From a virus (lineage: Duplodnaviria; Heunggongvirae; Uroviricota; Caudoviricetes): a stretch of DNA of 64,000 nt. Of the stretch, positions 45,650 to 55,967 are shown one piece after another; position 1 is the stretch's first letter, and every line of letters starts with the position of its first letter. The stretch lies in the IMG/VR virus record IMGVR_UViG_3300042892_003674; one strand, 5' to 3'. The position numbers and the translations under genes were made by a program. A model generated the notes under the pieces. It was not told the origin of the DNA, ran no database searches, and was given only the letters and a program-made list of their open reading frames with translations.

Positions 45650-46054
45650 ATGATGTGGTTTAATAACTCTGATAAATTACCAAAAATGACTGAAGACGAA
45701 ACTAAAATGTACAACGTCATCACTAACTTAATTATACAACCTGATTGTATTATCGAGGTAAATCCTGAGAATATGGATTATATGTTGTGTCTTGAAAAAG
45801 AGCAATACTTTTTACTTATTGATGGTAATGGTGTTCAATTCAGTAACCACGGATTTGTAGTTATTGAAAGATATTCAGATGTAATACTTACAGCATACAA
45901 AAAAGTTGTTAAGACCGAAACAATTCGTAGAAGAACTGCTCGTCGTAACGAAATCTTTAAGAACAAATGTAACTTACTTGATAGTATCAATGATAAGTTG
46001 ATTAAAAGAACTCCAGTAGTTGTTGTAGATGAAACAGTAGTAGAAACAGTATAA
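45650..46054 (+). CDS. Hypothetical protein
   Basis: ORF between promoter and terminator. Confidence 0.8.
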   Translation: MMWFNNSDKLPKMTEDETKMYNVITNLIIQPDCIIEVNPENMDYMLCLEKEQYFLLIDGNGVQFSNHGFVVIERYSDVILTAYKKVVKTETIRRRTARRNEIFKNKCNLLDSINDKLIKRTPVVVVDETVVETV

Positions 46055-46055
46055 T

Positions 46056-46083
46056 AAAAAACCCATCTTATGATGGGTTTTTT
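46056..46083. terminator. Bidirectional terminator
   Basis: AAAAAACCCATC-TTAT-GATGGGTTTTTT. Confidence 0.85.
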
Positions 46084-46628
46084 ATTTGCTCTATTTTATC
46101 TGTATAAATCTTATTTATCTTTTGTAATGTTTCTTCTTTTAATGTTCCAACTGTGTTGAATGCTTCTAAGTAAGATTGTAATGTTTCAATTTTATTTACT
46201 GATTGTAATTTATTTTCTAACACTCCGATTAAAATCTCTTCATCATATTTTTCTAATAAACTTTTTACTTTATGAATTGTTTTGAATTTATCTCCAAGTA
46301 ATTTCTCATTAAGATCTTCAATTTTATTATCAATCGTTTCCCAGTCTCTTACGTCACTTTTTAAACTTTCTAATAGTTTTGCTTGTTCTTTAACTGTTTT
46401 CTCATCTAATAAGCTTAAAATCGCATCTGCTGCCATTTCTTTTCCTTTTATTGTAATTGATCCTGCTCTCAAGTATCTATCGACAGGACCATAAGTCTCA
46501 ATTGAAAGAAATTGTTCTAATAGATTGATTACTTTTAATCTAAAAAGATCTGCTTCATCTATTTTATATTCTACTTCTACTGGTTTCTCACCAACTACAT
46601 AATTTGATATATTACTAAATTTCTTCAT
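46068..46628 (-). CDS. Helical hypothetical protein
   Basis: Weak leader-like start MKKFSNI. Confidence 0.8.
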   Translation of the reverse strand: MKKFSNISNYVVGEKPVEVEYKIDEADLFRLKVINLLEQFLSIETYGPVDRYLRAGSITIKGKEMAADAILSLLDEKTVKEQAKLLESLKSDVRDWETIDNKIEDLNEKLLGDKFKTIHKVKSLLEKYDEEILIGVLENKLQSVNKIETLQSYLEAFNTVGTLKEETLQKINKIYTDKIEQIKNPS

Positions 46629-46636
46629 TATTTGTT

Positions 46637-47170
46637 TTATTTTTTAATTATCTCATAGTTATTATTATCTAACCATTCTATAAATTCAGAGTTTAATCCA
46701 CCCTGTTCAGCATCTGGATTTTGTGACCAGAAATTGTATAGTATACCATCAAATCCTTTCCAATTACCATCTTTAAATATTTCAAAATCATTATCTTCTA
46801 ACCAATCTGATAATCCTATGTAATCTTTATCATAATTACTTCTCCAAAAATCATATAATAATTTACCACTTTTAGAGTTTATTGATATATCTAAATCATC
46901 ATCACTTGCTATATAACTTTCATTCCAAGAAGGTTTTCCCATACCATCTTGCCACCCACCTCTACTATCGTTACTATCATCATAATGTTTATCATCTCTT
47001 GGATACATTCCGTCTGGATCTTCTTTACGAACTCTTTCTTCTCTTTCTTCTCTTTTCTTAGCATCTTCTTTAGCACTATGTGGGAAGTTAGAAATTTGAT
47101 TTCTTTTAGCTTTTTCTTTATCTTTCTTATCAAGATCAGAATAATCTTCAAATGTTTTTAAGTTTTTCAT
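46637..47170 (-). CDS. N-leader protein (MKNLKTFED) with internal NE-S site and duplicated LYxFW..WL motif
   Basis: Translation. Confidence 0.8.
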   Translation of the reverse strand: MKNLKTFEDYSDLDKKDKEKAKRNQISNFPHSAKEDAKKREEREERVRKEDPDGMYPRDDKHYDDSNDSRGGWQDGMGKPSWNESYIASDDDLDISINSKSGKLLYDFWRSNYDKDYIGLSDWLEDNDFEIFKDGNWKGFDGILYNFWSQNPDAEQGGLNSEFIEWLDNNNYEIIKK

Positions 47171-47176
47171 AATTTT

Positions 47177-47542
47177 TTATTTTAATTGTTTTAGTATAAC
47201 TTGAATAACAGAATCTACATCATCTGCATTATAATCACCAAGATTTTCTGTTATACCACCATCTTTTTCTACAGTAACTACTACAGTTGTGTTGTTATCA
47301 GTCAGTGATAAACTAAAAGTTAAGTCCTCTAGTACAAACTTTAAGTAGTCATTAAACATTTTACCGAATCTAACATCCGATAGTTCACGTATTTTAGTGC
47401 CATATATGTCACGTTGTAATTTATACCATATTTCAATCAGTGATGTGGTAGGTTTCAATAAAGTATCTTTAGAATCTCCTCTTTCAATGAAAACTGAGCC
47501 ATACTTTCCACGACTTTCGTTAAAACTTTTTAAGTATTTCAT
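47177..47542 (-). CDS. N-leader protein (MKYLKSFNES)
   Basis: Start moved to leader; TTATATATA upstream. Confidence 0.8.
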   Translation of the reverse strand: MKYLKSFNESRGKYGSVFIERGDSKDTLLKPTTSLIEIWYKLQRDIYGTKIRELSDVRFGKMFNDYLKFVLEDLTFSLSLTDNNTTVVVTVEKDGGITENLGDYNADDVDSVIQVILKQLK

Positions 47543-47606
47543 AATCTGCATTATTTTTATAATGTATATATAAAAAAAATCAAGCTAAAAACTTGATTTT
47601 TTATCA

Positions 47607-47822
47607 TTATATTTTACCTTTATAGTCTTGAACATCTGTTCGTACTTCTTGTGATAATCTTTTTAGCTCTTGCATAACCTTTCTTATACGAGTCCCTGCA
47701 GTTTTATTACCTCTGATGAAAAACTTCTCAAAGTCATCCTTCAAGTTAAATTTCTTTCCATCTACTTCTACTTCTTCAGTAAGAATTTTAACTAATTGGT
47801 CATATTTATCTAAATATTCCAT
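47607..47822 (-). CDS. Histone H1-like Hc1-family protein
   Basis: KF..RGNKTAGTRIRKVMQELKRLSQEVR. Confidence 0.75.
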   Translation of the reverse strand: MEYLDKYDQLVKILTEEVEVDGKKFNLKDDFEKFFIRGNKTAGTRIRKVMQELKRLSQEVRTDVQDYKGKI

Positions 47823-47886
47823 AGTATTTTATTATTTTTTATGAATTATATATTCTATTATTGTTGCTCTCTATCAACCATAATAA

Positions 47887-48492
47887 TTAACTTATTTCTT
47901 CTATTAAAAGATTTAATGGTGCTATAAAACTTTCTCCATTATTGAATATCCTTATTTCGTAATCTGGAGTTGGTCCATACGTCAATGTATTGTTCACGAA
48001 TAACTTTAGTATTCTTACTTCACCACCATTTGCTTTAGCTGCATAATTAATACTACCAGTAGCTTGTACTATACTAACAGGACCATTTGGGTCTACAAAA
48101 TAACTTAAATAGCATTCATATTTTACCAAACTTTCTTCTCCGGCCTCATTATTTATATTTCCTACGTCAAAGGTAAAATCATATGTTGTACTATTAGTTA
48201 CATCATAAAGTTGTTGTATTATATTTATATCATACCCATCATATGGTTTTAAGAAATACATTGTTATTCTAAAAGTTCTTCCATCATCTGCATTTAAAAA
48301 ATAATTTTGAGGAAGATAATTTGTGCCTTTATAGTTCACTAAATTGGATTTTATTGTTTCAAAAACTTCTTTGGCATCATCTACTTTTCTTGCTTCAGTA
48401 GCTTGATAATTATACAAAACTTTAGTTGTAAATCCTGATGTTAAATGATCTTTTTTATTTGGGGTATATACCCATGTTGCACTTGCTGGCAT
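47887..48492 (-). CDS. Putative virion protein downstream of the fibre gene
   Basis: Beta-rich, co-oriented with fibre. Confidence 0.6.
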   Translation of the reverse strand: MPASATWVYTPNKKDHLTSGFTTKVLYNYQATEARKVDDAKEVFETIKSNLVNYKGTNYLPQNYFLNADDGRTFRITMYFLKPYDGYDINIIQQLYDVTNSTTYDFTFDVGNINNEAGEESLVKYECYLSYFVDPNGPVSIVQATGSINYAAKANGGEVRILKLFVNNTLTYGPTPDYEIRIFNNGESFIAPLNLLIEEIS

Positions 48493-48513
48493 AATTTCAT
48501 ATTATTTTTATTA

Positions 48514-51500
48514 TTAGTAAACTGCTCTTAATATTAATCTTGATGTTAAGTTAATATTTGTAACTTCTCCATTTCCTAAATTAGCATCTATATCTACTGA
48601 TATTTGTGTTCCATTATTATATACCCTAAATGTTACTCCTGATGCACTTCCTATAGATAATATATCAGTCTCTGACCAATTTATAACTGACATATCTGCT
48701 AAGAACACTGCTCTTATGGTTCCACTTCTCATAATATTATTTGAAGATGCTTCTTGAAATACATAGTCTAAGAAGAATCCTGAGTATACATTTGGGTCTA
48801 TTACAAGTATAGGTGTTGATCCACCATCTCCTACTCCAATAGTAGTAGGTGCCCAGAAGTGTGGATATCCGAAGTAGTCATCACTATTTTTACTAATACT
48901 TAATGTATTATCCCCGTTAAAAGAATTACCTGTAGGATAATAATCTAAACCATTTCCTATAATAATATTTTGACTTCCTCCAACAATACTTTGACCGGCA
49001 CTTACACCAATAACAAGATTATTTGATCCCTCGGTATTTCCTGACAAAGAATACGCACCAATTCCTATATTATTATTACCTATTTGGTTAGCGGCTACCG
49101 CTCCAAATCCTATAGCAGTATTAAATTGACCACTATTGTTGTCTGATAAAGAACTATATCCTACTGCAGTATTGTAAGTACCACTAGTATTAGATAACAT
49201 AGATACAGCACCTACTGCGGTATTATAATTACCTGAGGTATTATTATTTAAAACAGATAATCCTATTGCAGTATTTTCTACAAGATTTCCATTTCCTCTA
49301 CCAAATCTTAACGAATTTATTAAAGCATCCCCACTTACACCTAGTTTATAACCAGAACTAAATGTTCCTATTCCTACATCACCACTTGAGGTGATACGCA
49401 TACGTTCTGTATTAGCATCCGATCCAGCGGGTGTTGTGTAGAATGACATATATCCACTATATCCACCTCCTGATACTTCTTTTAATCCTTTTATCTGTGC
49501 AAAAGTATAAGGTGTTGAACCTGCTTCACTTCCTCCTCCGAATGCAATAGAACCTCCCTTATTTTGGGTTGATGTTGTATCTGTTGTTCCTAAGAATAGT
49601 GTTGGGTAGGATGAATTAAATGAACTTACAAATGTTGCTGCTAATCCATAAGAATAACCTCCTGTCCCTGTATAGTTACCTATTTGTAAAGGTGAATAAG
49701 GCGCCGTTGTTCCAATACCTACGTTACCTGATATTAAAGTGTTTGTAGGTCCAAATTGTATCCCTGTACCATTTTGTATACCAACAGTAAAGTAATTTGA
49801 TGCAGGACCAAATAATATTGATCCTCCTGCAACACTTAAACCATTGTAACCTCCACTAGAAACATATGGAACATATACTAAAGTATTTGTACTATCTCCT
49901 ACATATAGAGCGGGTGTGTTAGTGCTAGAAACTCCTCTATTTATGTCTAATTTGGCACCTGGAGTTGTAGTTCCAATACCTACATTTGTTCCGTTATCAT
50001 AGATAATAGTATTACCAATTGTAGTTGATGAAGTAAATTTAACAACATAGTTTGTAGTTCCACTTACTGTAACAGATGTACCGCTTGTACCTGAAGTACC
50101 ATCAATACCATTTACTCCAGATAGACCGGATGTTCCAGAAGAACCACTACTACCGGATGAACCAGAAGATCCACTCGATCCTGACTTTCCACTTGAACCG
50201 CTAGATCCAGATGTACCAGATGAACCACTTGTACCAGAACTACCAGAAGAACCAGAACTACCAGAAGAACCAGATGTACCTGAACTTCCGGATGTACCAC
50301 TAGTACCTCCACCAACAATTAAAGCGGCAGTAAACCATGTACCTGAACTTGCACCATTTATATTTTGTGATGTGGTGTTACCTGTGAAGGCAGTAACCTC
50401 GATATAATCAGTACTACCGTTAAAATACACAATGATGTCAATTTCCTGACCATATCCGGCACCTGTTAAAATTTGTGTTTGTTGGATAGCTACTTGGGTA
50501 CTGCCATTTTTTCTTAGTTGGATATTATTTTGATTGGTAGAAATTGAACCTGCATCCCACCATACTGCTGTTTGTATATTATAATATCCTGCAAGTGTAG
50601 GCTGGAACTTATTGGAGGTTAACCAGTTATTTTGATCAAATTCATCAATAAATGTAACAACAACATCAGAACCGGACGTTATTGTTTGTACACTACCACC
50701 TTTAATACCCTTAACGACATAATTGGAAGCAACCAATCCTGTCGGTGACGTTCCGCTGGTTCCTGATGAACCACTAGAACCTGAACTACCAGAAGAACCA
50801 GAAGTTCCGGAGCTTCCTGAAGTTCCACTTGTTCCTGATGCTCCATTTACACCATTTACACCACTAGTTCCAGAAGAACCACTTGAACCAGATGTACCAG
50901 AGCTACCACTTGAACCAGATGTACCAGAGCTACCACTTGAACCAGAGCTACCTGATTTTCCACTTGAACCAGAACTACCAGATGAACCAGATGTACCAGA
51001 ACTACCAGATGAACCAGATGTACCAGAAGATCCACTAGAACCAGATGTACCAGATGAACCAGAACTACCAGAAGAACCGGATTTACCAGAACTTCCAGAT
51101 GAACCACTTGAACCAGAACTACCAGATGAACCAGATGTACCAGAAGATCCACTAGAACCAGATGTACCAGATGAACCAGAACTACCAGAAGAACCGGATT
51201 TACCAGAACTACCAGATGAACCAGAACTACCAGAAGAACCAGATGTACCAGAAGATCCACTAGAACCAGATGTACCAGATGAACCAGAAGATCCACTAGA
51301 ACCAGATGTACCAGATGAACCAGATGAACCAGAACTACCAGAACTACCTGAAGAACCAGATGTACCAGACGAACCAGATGTACCTGAAGAACCAGATGTA
51401 CCAGACGAACCAGATGAGCCACTAGAACCTGAACTACCAGAACTACCAGATGTACCAGAACTACCAGATGTACCAGATGTACCAGAAGATCCACTAGAAC

Positions 51501-53958
51501 CAGATGTACCAGATGAACCAGAACTACCAGATGAACCAGAACTACCAGAAGAACCAGATGTACCAGAAGAACCAGATGTACCAGAAGATCCACTAGAACC
51601 AGATGAACCACTAGAACCGGAACTACCAGAAGAACCACTTGTACCAGAAGTTCCTGCAATTGCACCAACTGATGTTACAACAAATGAGTAATATGAGTTA
51701 CCTTCAGTATAATAAACAACTGAATGTGTTGTTGAATCATTATTAGTAAGATATAATCTAACAATCATCCTGTTTGTTGGATCTATAGTTGTTGTTGGTA
51801 ATACTATATCAACATTAACTTCAACCGGTATTACTGAACTAACCCAACCAATTAACGTAATATTAGACATGATTGTTGGTCCTATAGGTGTGCCCGTTGA
51901 ATTAGTTAGTTGTATTTCAACATAAGCATCAATATCATCATTACTTGCTTGTTTTAAAAAATGTAAATGAAATCTTTGTACACCACCCGGAATTACTGAA
52001 AAACCTAATTGTGGTGTTATATAATCGGAAACCATCACATTTTGTTGACTCCCTGTTAAATTTGTCGTTACTGTTTGTGTTGTTGTGATTGATGGATATA
52101 AATCTAATAATTTATAACCTGAAATATCTGAATCTTGACTTTCATTTAAGTAGTATGCCTGACCCGCAGATATACCATTTTCACCAGAAGTACCGGATGA
52201 ACCGGATGTACCACTAGAGCCAGAGCTACCAGATGTACCTGAACTACCGGATGAACCGGATGTACCACTAGAACCAGAAGAACCACTAGAGCCGGATGTT
52301 CCACTAGATCCCGAAGAACCGGATGAACCACTAGATCCAGAAGAACCACTTGTACCAGATGTACCTGAACTACCGGATGAACCGGATGTACCACTAGAAC
52401 CAGAAGAACCGGATGAACCACTAGATCCAGAAGAACCACTTGTACCAGATGATCCTGAGCTACCGGATGAACCACTTGAACCAGAAGTACCGCTAGATCC
52501 CGATGTACCGGATGAGCCACTTGAACCAGAAATACCAGATGTACCAGAGCTACCGGATGTACCAGATGCCCCATCAATACCACTAACACCGGATGTACCA
52601 CTACTACCTGAAGTTCCACTTGTTCCGGAACTACCTGAACTACCAGAAGTACCTGAGCTACCAGAATTACCAGAAGTACCTGAGCTACCAGAATTACCAG
52701 AAGTACCTGAGCTACCAGAATTACCAGAAGTACCTGAGCTACCAGAATTACCAGAAGTACCTGAGCTACCAGAAGTACCAGAAGAGCCAGAATTACCACT
52801 CGAACCACTAGATCCTGAACTACCAGAATTACCAGAAGTACCTGAACTACCAGATGAACCAGAAGTACCGCTCGAACCGCTAGATCCTGAACTACCAGAT
52901 GAACCAGAGCTACCAGATGAACCAGAGCTACCAGAAGAACCTGAACTACCAGATGTACCAGAAGTACCTGAACTACCAGATGTACCAGAAAAACTTGCTA
53001 GAGTTGTTTGAGTAAAAGAGTAATGTATCGAACCTTCAGATTTAAGGTACACTACTGGTGGTGGATAAATACTACTAATTAAACTATTCATAGATTTAAC
53101 CTTAATTAGTATCCTATCCGTTATATCTAATGAACTACCATTTTGATATGTATCCGTATTTATCATATTTAGTGTAGTAGGTACTACAACAGGTTCCGTT
53201 GAGAATAATAAAGTTTCTACCCCAGTAATGTCAACCTTATAAACTTCACAAAAAATAGATAAGTTTGAGGTATAAATAGGATCACCATCATCAAATGATT
53301 CTCTATAACAATGAAGATAAAAAGACCAAATACCTGAGTTTATCCTTGTTATATTTGGATAATCTACTGGTGTTAAATAACTAGCAACCGTTACTGTAGA
53401 ATTTAGAGTAACTGACGCACTCGCTGTACTTTCTGTAGCACCACTTGAAATTGTAGATATTTCATTATAAGAATATGTTCCTATTGATTGTGTTGTAGAT
53501 GTATTAAGGTATAATATTTGACCAGCTGAAATTCCATTTACACCATCCGATCCACTTGTTCCTGATGTTCCTGAAGATCCATCTATCCCTGATTTTCCAG
53601 AACTACCAGATGAACCACTAGACCCTGAAGATCCATTTATCCCTGAATTTCCGGATGTTCCTGAACTACCAGAACTACCAGATGAACCACTAGATCCTGA
53701 AGATCCATTTATTCCTGAATTTCCGGATGTTCCTGATGTACCTGATGTACCATCTGAACCAGTTGCACCGTTTATCCCATCTATCCCTGAAGTACCAGAT
53801 GTACCTGAAGTTCCTGCATCACCTTGAGGTCCTACTGAGGAAGTTCCTCCACCTAAATCTAATAAGTTACCAAATCCATCGTAATATAAACCACCAACTA
53901 TTTGTACTAATCGACCATATGTATTTGAGACTGTAAGGCCTGTTAAATTATTACTCAT
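48514..53958 (-). CDS. 1814-aa tail fibre/fibril protein with long Gly-Ser-Ser/Gly-Thr-Ser repeats
   Basis: G-X-X tracts, duplicated SAGQxxYLN modules, C1q-like PTLAGYY domain, NVGIGTT.P and NTAVG repeats. Confidence 0.8.
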   Translation of the reverse strand: MSNNLTGLTVSNTYGRLVQIVGGLYYDGFGNLLDLGGGTSSVGPQGDAGTSGTSGTSGIDGINGATGSDGTSGTSGTSGNSGINGSSGSSGSSGSSGSSGTSGNSGINGSSGSSGSSGSSGKSGIDGSSGTSGTSGSDGVNGISAGQILYLNTSTTQSIGTYSYNEISTISSGATESTASASVTLNSTVTVASYLTPVDYPNITRINSGIWSFYLHCYRESFDDGDPIYTSNLSIFCEVYKVDITGVETLLFSTEPVVVPTTLNMINTDTYQNGSSLDITDRILIKVKSMNSLISSIYPPPVVYLKSEGSIHYSFTQTTLASFSGTSGSSGTSGTSGSSGSSGSSGSSGSSGSSGSSGSSGSSGTSGSSGSSGTSGNSGSSGSSGSSGNSGSSGTSGSSGTSGNSGSSGTSGNSGSSGTSGNSGSSGTSGNSGSSGTSGSSGSSGTSGTSGSSGTSGVSGIDGASGTSGSSGTSGISGSSGSSGTSGSSGTSGSSGSSGSSGSSGTSGSSGSSGSSGSSGSSGTSGSSGSSGTSGTSGSSGSSGSSGSSGSSGTSGSSGSSGSSGTSGSSGSSGTSGSSGSSGTSGSSGTSGENGISAGQAYYLNESQDSDISGYKLLDLYPSITTTQTVTTNLTGSQQNVMVSDYITPQLGFSVIPGGVQRFHLHFLKQASNDDIDAYVEIQLTNSTGTPIGPTIMSNITLIGWVSSVIPVEVNVDIVLPTTTIDPTNRMIVRLYLTNNDSTTHSVVYYTEGNSYYSFVVTSVGAIAGTSGTSGSSGSSGSSGSSGSSGSSGTSGSSGTSGSSGSSGSSGSSGSSGTSGSSGSSGTSGTSGSSGTSGSSGSSGSSGSSGSSGTSGSSGTSGSSGTSGSSGSSGSSGSSGSSGTSGSSGSSGSSGTSGSSGSSGTSGSSGSSGSSGSSGKSGSSGSSGSSGTSGSSGSSGTSGSSGSSGSSGSSGSSGKSGSSGSSGSSGTSGSSGSSGTSGSSGSSGTSGSSGSSGSSGKSGSSGSSGSSGTSGSSGSSGTSGSSGSSGTSGVNGVNGASGTSGTSGSSGTSGSSGSSGSSGSSGTSGTSPTGLVASNYVVKGIKGGSVQTITSGSDVVVTFIDEFDQNNWLTSNKFQPTLAGYYNIQTAVWWDAGSISTNQNNIQLRKNGSTQVAIQQTQILTGAGYGQEIDIIVYFNGSTDYIEVTAFTGNTTSQNINGASSGTWFTAALIVGGGTSGTSGSSGTSGSSGSSGSSGSSGTSGSSGTSGSSGSSGKSGSSGSSGSSGSSGSSGTSGLSGVNGIDGTSGTSGTSVTVSGTTNYVVKFTSSTTIGNTIIYDNGTNVGIGTTTPGAKLDINRGVSSTNTPALYVGDSTNTLVYVPYVSSGGYNGLSVAGGSILFGPASNYFTVGIQNGTGIQFGPTNTLISGNVGIGTTAPYSPLQIGNYTGTGGYSYGLAATFVSSFNSSYPTLFLGTTDTTSTQNKGGSIAFGGGSEAGSTPYTFAQIKGLKEVSGGGYSGYMSFYTTPAGSDANTERMRITSSGDVGIGTFSSGYKLGVSGDALINSLRFGRGNGNLVENTAIGLSVLNNNTSGNYNTAVGAVSMLSNTSGTYNTAVGYSSLSDNNSGQFNTAIGFGAVAANQIGNNNIGIGAYSLSGNTEGSNNLVIGVSAGQSIVGGSQNIIIGNGLDYYPTGNSFNGDNTLSISKNSDDYFGYPHFWAPTTIGVGDGGSTPILVIDPNVYSGFFLDYVFQEASSNNIMRSGTIRAVFLADMSVINWSETDILSIGSASGVTFRVYNNGTQISVDIDANLGNGEVTNINLTSRLILRAVY
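50750..51650 (-). repeat. 9-nt degenerate tandem repeat encoding GSS/GTS (longest tract)
   Basis: accagaact/accagatgt/accactaga units; further tracts near 50080-50310, 52180-52990, 53540-53820. Confidence 0.9.
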
Positions 53959-54007
53959 AATGTATATATAATTTCAAAGGCAGTGTAATTTTAAAAATAT
54001 ATAGATT

Positions 54008-54355
54008 ATGTTACAAAAAAAATACTTGAAATGGGAAGAGGTTGACTCTGTTTGGGAAGAAACAAATTATCTTTGGGAAGATGTTGCTATTCTTATTGAG
54101 ATAGAACAAGCCGTTCTTAGAGGTGGTGGAGATTATGCTGCTTATGTAAAAGGAAATCCGTGGGAACAAGTTAGAAAAGACTTAGGTGAAGAAAAAACTA
54201 AACGAGTTATTAAACTTTATTGTAACTATAAAGGTATTGAATATGATAAATCAATTGAGATAAATGAGAGTAAAGTTAAAGTAACCGCATCAGAATTTGA
54301 ACAGTTTATCAAAACTAGTATTAGAGAATCGATAAGTATAAAAGTGAATTTTTAA
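54008..54355 (+). CDS. Hypothetical protein
   Basis: AAATATATA at 53995. Confidence 0.8.
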   Translation: MLQKKYLKWEEVDSVWEETNYLWEDVAILIEIEQAVLRGGGDYAAYVKGNPWEQVRKDLGEEKTKRVIKLYCNYKGIEYDKSIEINESKVKVTASEFEQFIKTSIRESISIKVNF

Positions 54356-54391
54356 ATTTAATATATAAAATAAGAAAAATAATAAAAAAGT

Positions 54392-54994
54392 ATGGAAGAT
54401 GTTTTTAATTTTGATGAGTTTTTAAGTGGAACTCCAAAACCTATTATTAAAGAATCTATAAAAGAAGAAGAAGTACCAACCGAAGTAACTAAGTTCAAAC
54501 AACCTGAAGTTGAAAAAGAACTTAAATCTGAAGTAGTTAAAGAAGTAGAACCTAAAGAAACAGAAGAAGTTATGGGAACTCATATTGAAGAGTTTATACC
54601 AACAACTGAATCAGTTGAGGATGATACTTTCTATAAACTATACAAAGACATAAATGAAGAATTTGTTTGTGATATTGCAATCGAAGGTTCTTCACCAGAA
54701 GATACTTACGCCAGAATTATTGTTGAATCTGATGAATGGTCTTTAATGTTCCCAGGTGAAATCAGAAATGGTAAATGTATCGTTCCTATTAAGAAATTAG
54801 GAATCTTAAAAGAAGGTGAAATGGGTACAATTAAACTAGAAGTAGTTGCAGAAGGTAACCTATTCATACCTTGGGAGGATACATTCAAAGTAAAACTTTC
54901 AAAGAAAGTAACAGTTTCTCTTAATGAAACAAAACAACAACAAAGAAAACCAATTGTAAATAATAAAGTCGGTGTTAAAGTAAATGTAAGATAA
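54392..54994 (+). CDS. Glu-rich hypothetical protein
   Basis: TAATATATA at 54359; several I/L-x-E sites. Confidence 0.8.
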   Translation: MEDVFNFDEFLSGTPKPIIKESIKEEEVPTEVTKFKQPEVEKELKSEVVKEVEPKETEEVMGTHIEEFIPTTESVEDDTFYKLYKDINEEFVCDIAIEGSSPEDTYARIIVESDEWSLMFPGEIRNGKCIVPIKKLGILKEGEMGTIKLEVVAEGNLFIPWEDTFKVKLSKKVTVSLNETKQQQRKPIVNNKVGVKVNVR

Positions 54995-55023
54995 AAAAAG
55001 AGAACGTAATGTTCTCTTTTTTT
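54994..55023. terminator. Bidirectional terminator
   Basis: A-run GAGAAC-GTAAT-GTTCTC T-run. Confidence 0.8.
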
Positions 55024-55115
55024 GTTAAAATATAAACGATAGTATCCACGACCATAGTTTATAACCAATAAAAATTATTATTGTCCACGTTATTAAAAAC
55101 GTCCAGTTTAATCTT

Positions 55116-55967
55116 TTAATTTTGTTCCACATAGTTAGTTATTATTATTTCAGTTGTTTCTTTATTTCCTTTTCTTGATACTTTATTGTAATCATATTTA
55201 ATCTCTTTATAAGTGAATCCATCTGTTATTAACTTATCTAACATCCAACAAGTTTTACCATCGTGGTGAAGAACCCCTGATACCATAAACGAAGCACCAA
55301 TCGAATCAATCTTCTTAATAAACTCATAAAGTTTCATATCATCTTCTTGTTTCCAAAAAGCGTTATATCCTGCTTCTGAGATTTGTTTCTTTCCAATTTT
55401 ACCGTCATCATTCTTAATTCTACCATAAGGTGGATCTAAATAAATCATCATATCAGACTGAATCTCAATATTTTCAAATGCTGTAGATAAATATACTAAA
55501 TTATCTTTAAACTTCCTAATATGTTCTGTAAAATTATTTACTTTTCTTTGTGTTGCATCCGAAAAACCACGATCACCATAAGTTTGATTAAACTTAAACT
55601 TTTGGTTGAATCTCATCATGTTGTTGGTACAAGACAACATAAGAGCCCATAACCCTTCAGGTGAAGGGTTATCATTATAATTCTCTCTAAGTGTCCCATA
55701 ACCAACCGGATTGCTTTTACCAGGACATAATGACTTAGTTTTATTTACTATATCATCAGATTCAAGTAAGCCTTTATGTATTCCAATAAGATCAGTTATT
55801 ATATCGTTAGCAATTACTGATTTATATTTATCTAAAACATTAGTATAAACAGAACCACCACCTGTGAAGACATCAACAAATGTTGATTTTGTTGTGTCAA
55901 ACTCAGGTAGTAGTTGTTCTAATAATTTAAACTTGCTTCCCGTATAGTTAAATGGTGTTTCTATCAT
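55116..55967 (-). CDS. DNA adenine methyltransferase (Dam/D12 class)
   Basis: FNYTGSK, DVFTGGGSV, IYLDPPY; target specificity unknown. Confidence 0.9.
   Translation of the reverse strand: MIETPFNYTGSKFKLLEQLLPEFDTTKSTFVDVFTGGGSVYTNVLDKYKSVIANDIITDLIGIHKGLLESDDIVNKTKSLCPGKSNPVGYGTLRENYNDNPSPEGLWALMLSCTNNMMRFNQKFKFNQTYGDRGFSDATQRKVNNFTEHIRKFKDNLVYLSTAFENIEIQSDMMIYLDPPYGRIKNDDGKIGKKQISEAGYNAFWKQEDDMKLYEFIKKIDSIGASFMVSGVLHHDGKTCWMLDKLITDGFTYKEIKYDYNKVSRKGNKETTEIIITNYVEQN

Noticed and set aside
50750-52990. Possible CRISPR array
   Set aside because: Degenerate coding triplet repeats with no repeat-spacer structure; no CRISPR array seen in the window
50112-53936. Alternative-frame ORFs such as 50723-51691 (PE/PD-rich), 50856-51668 and 52146-52808
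   Set aside because: Shadow frames of the 9-nt GSS/GTS repeat inside the fibre gene
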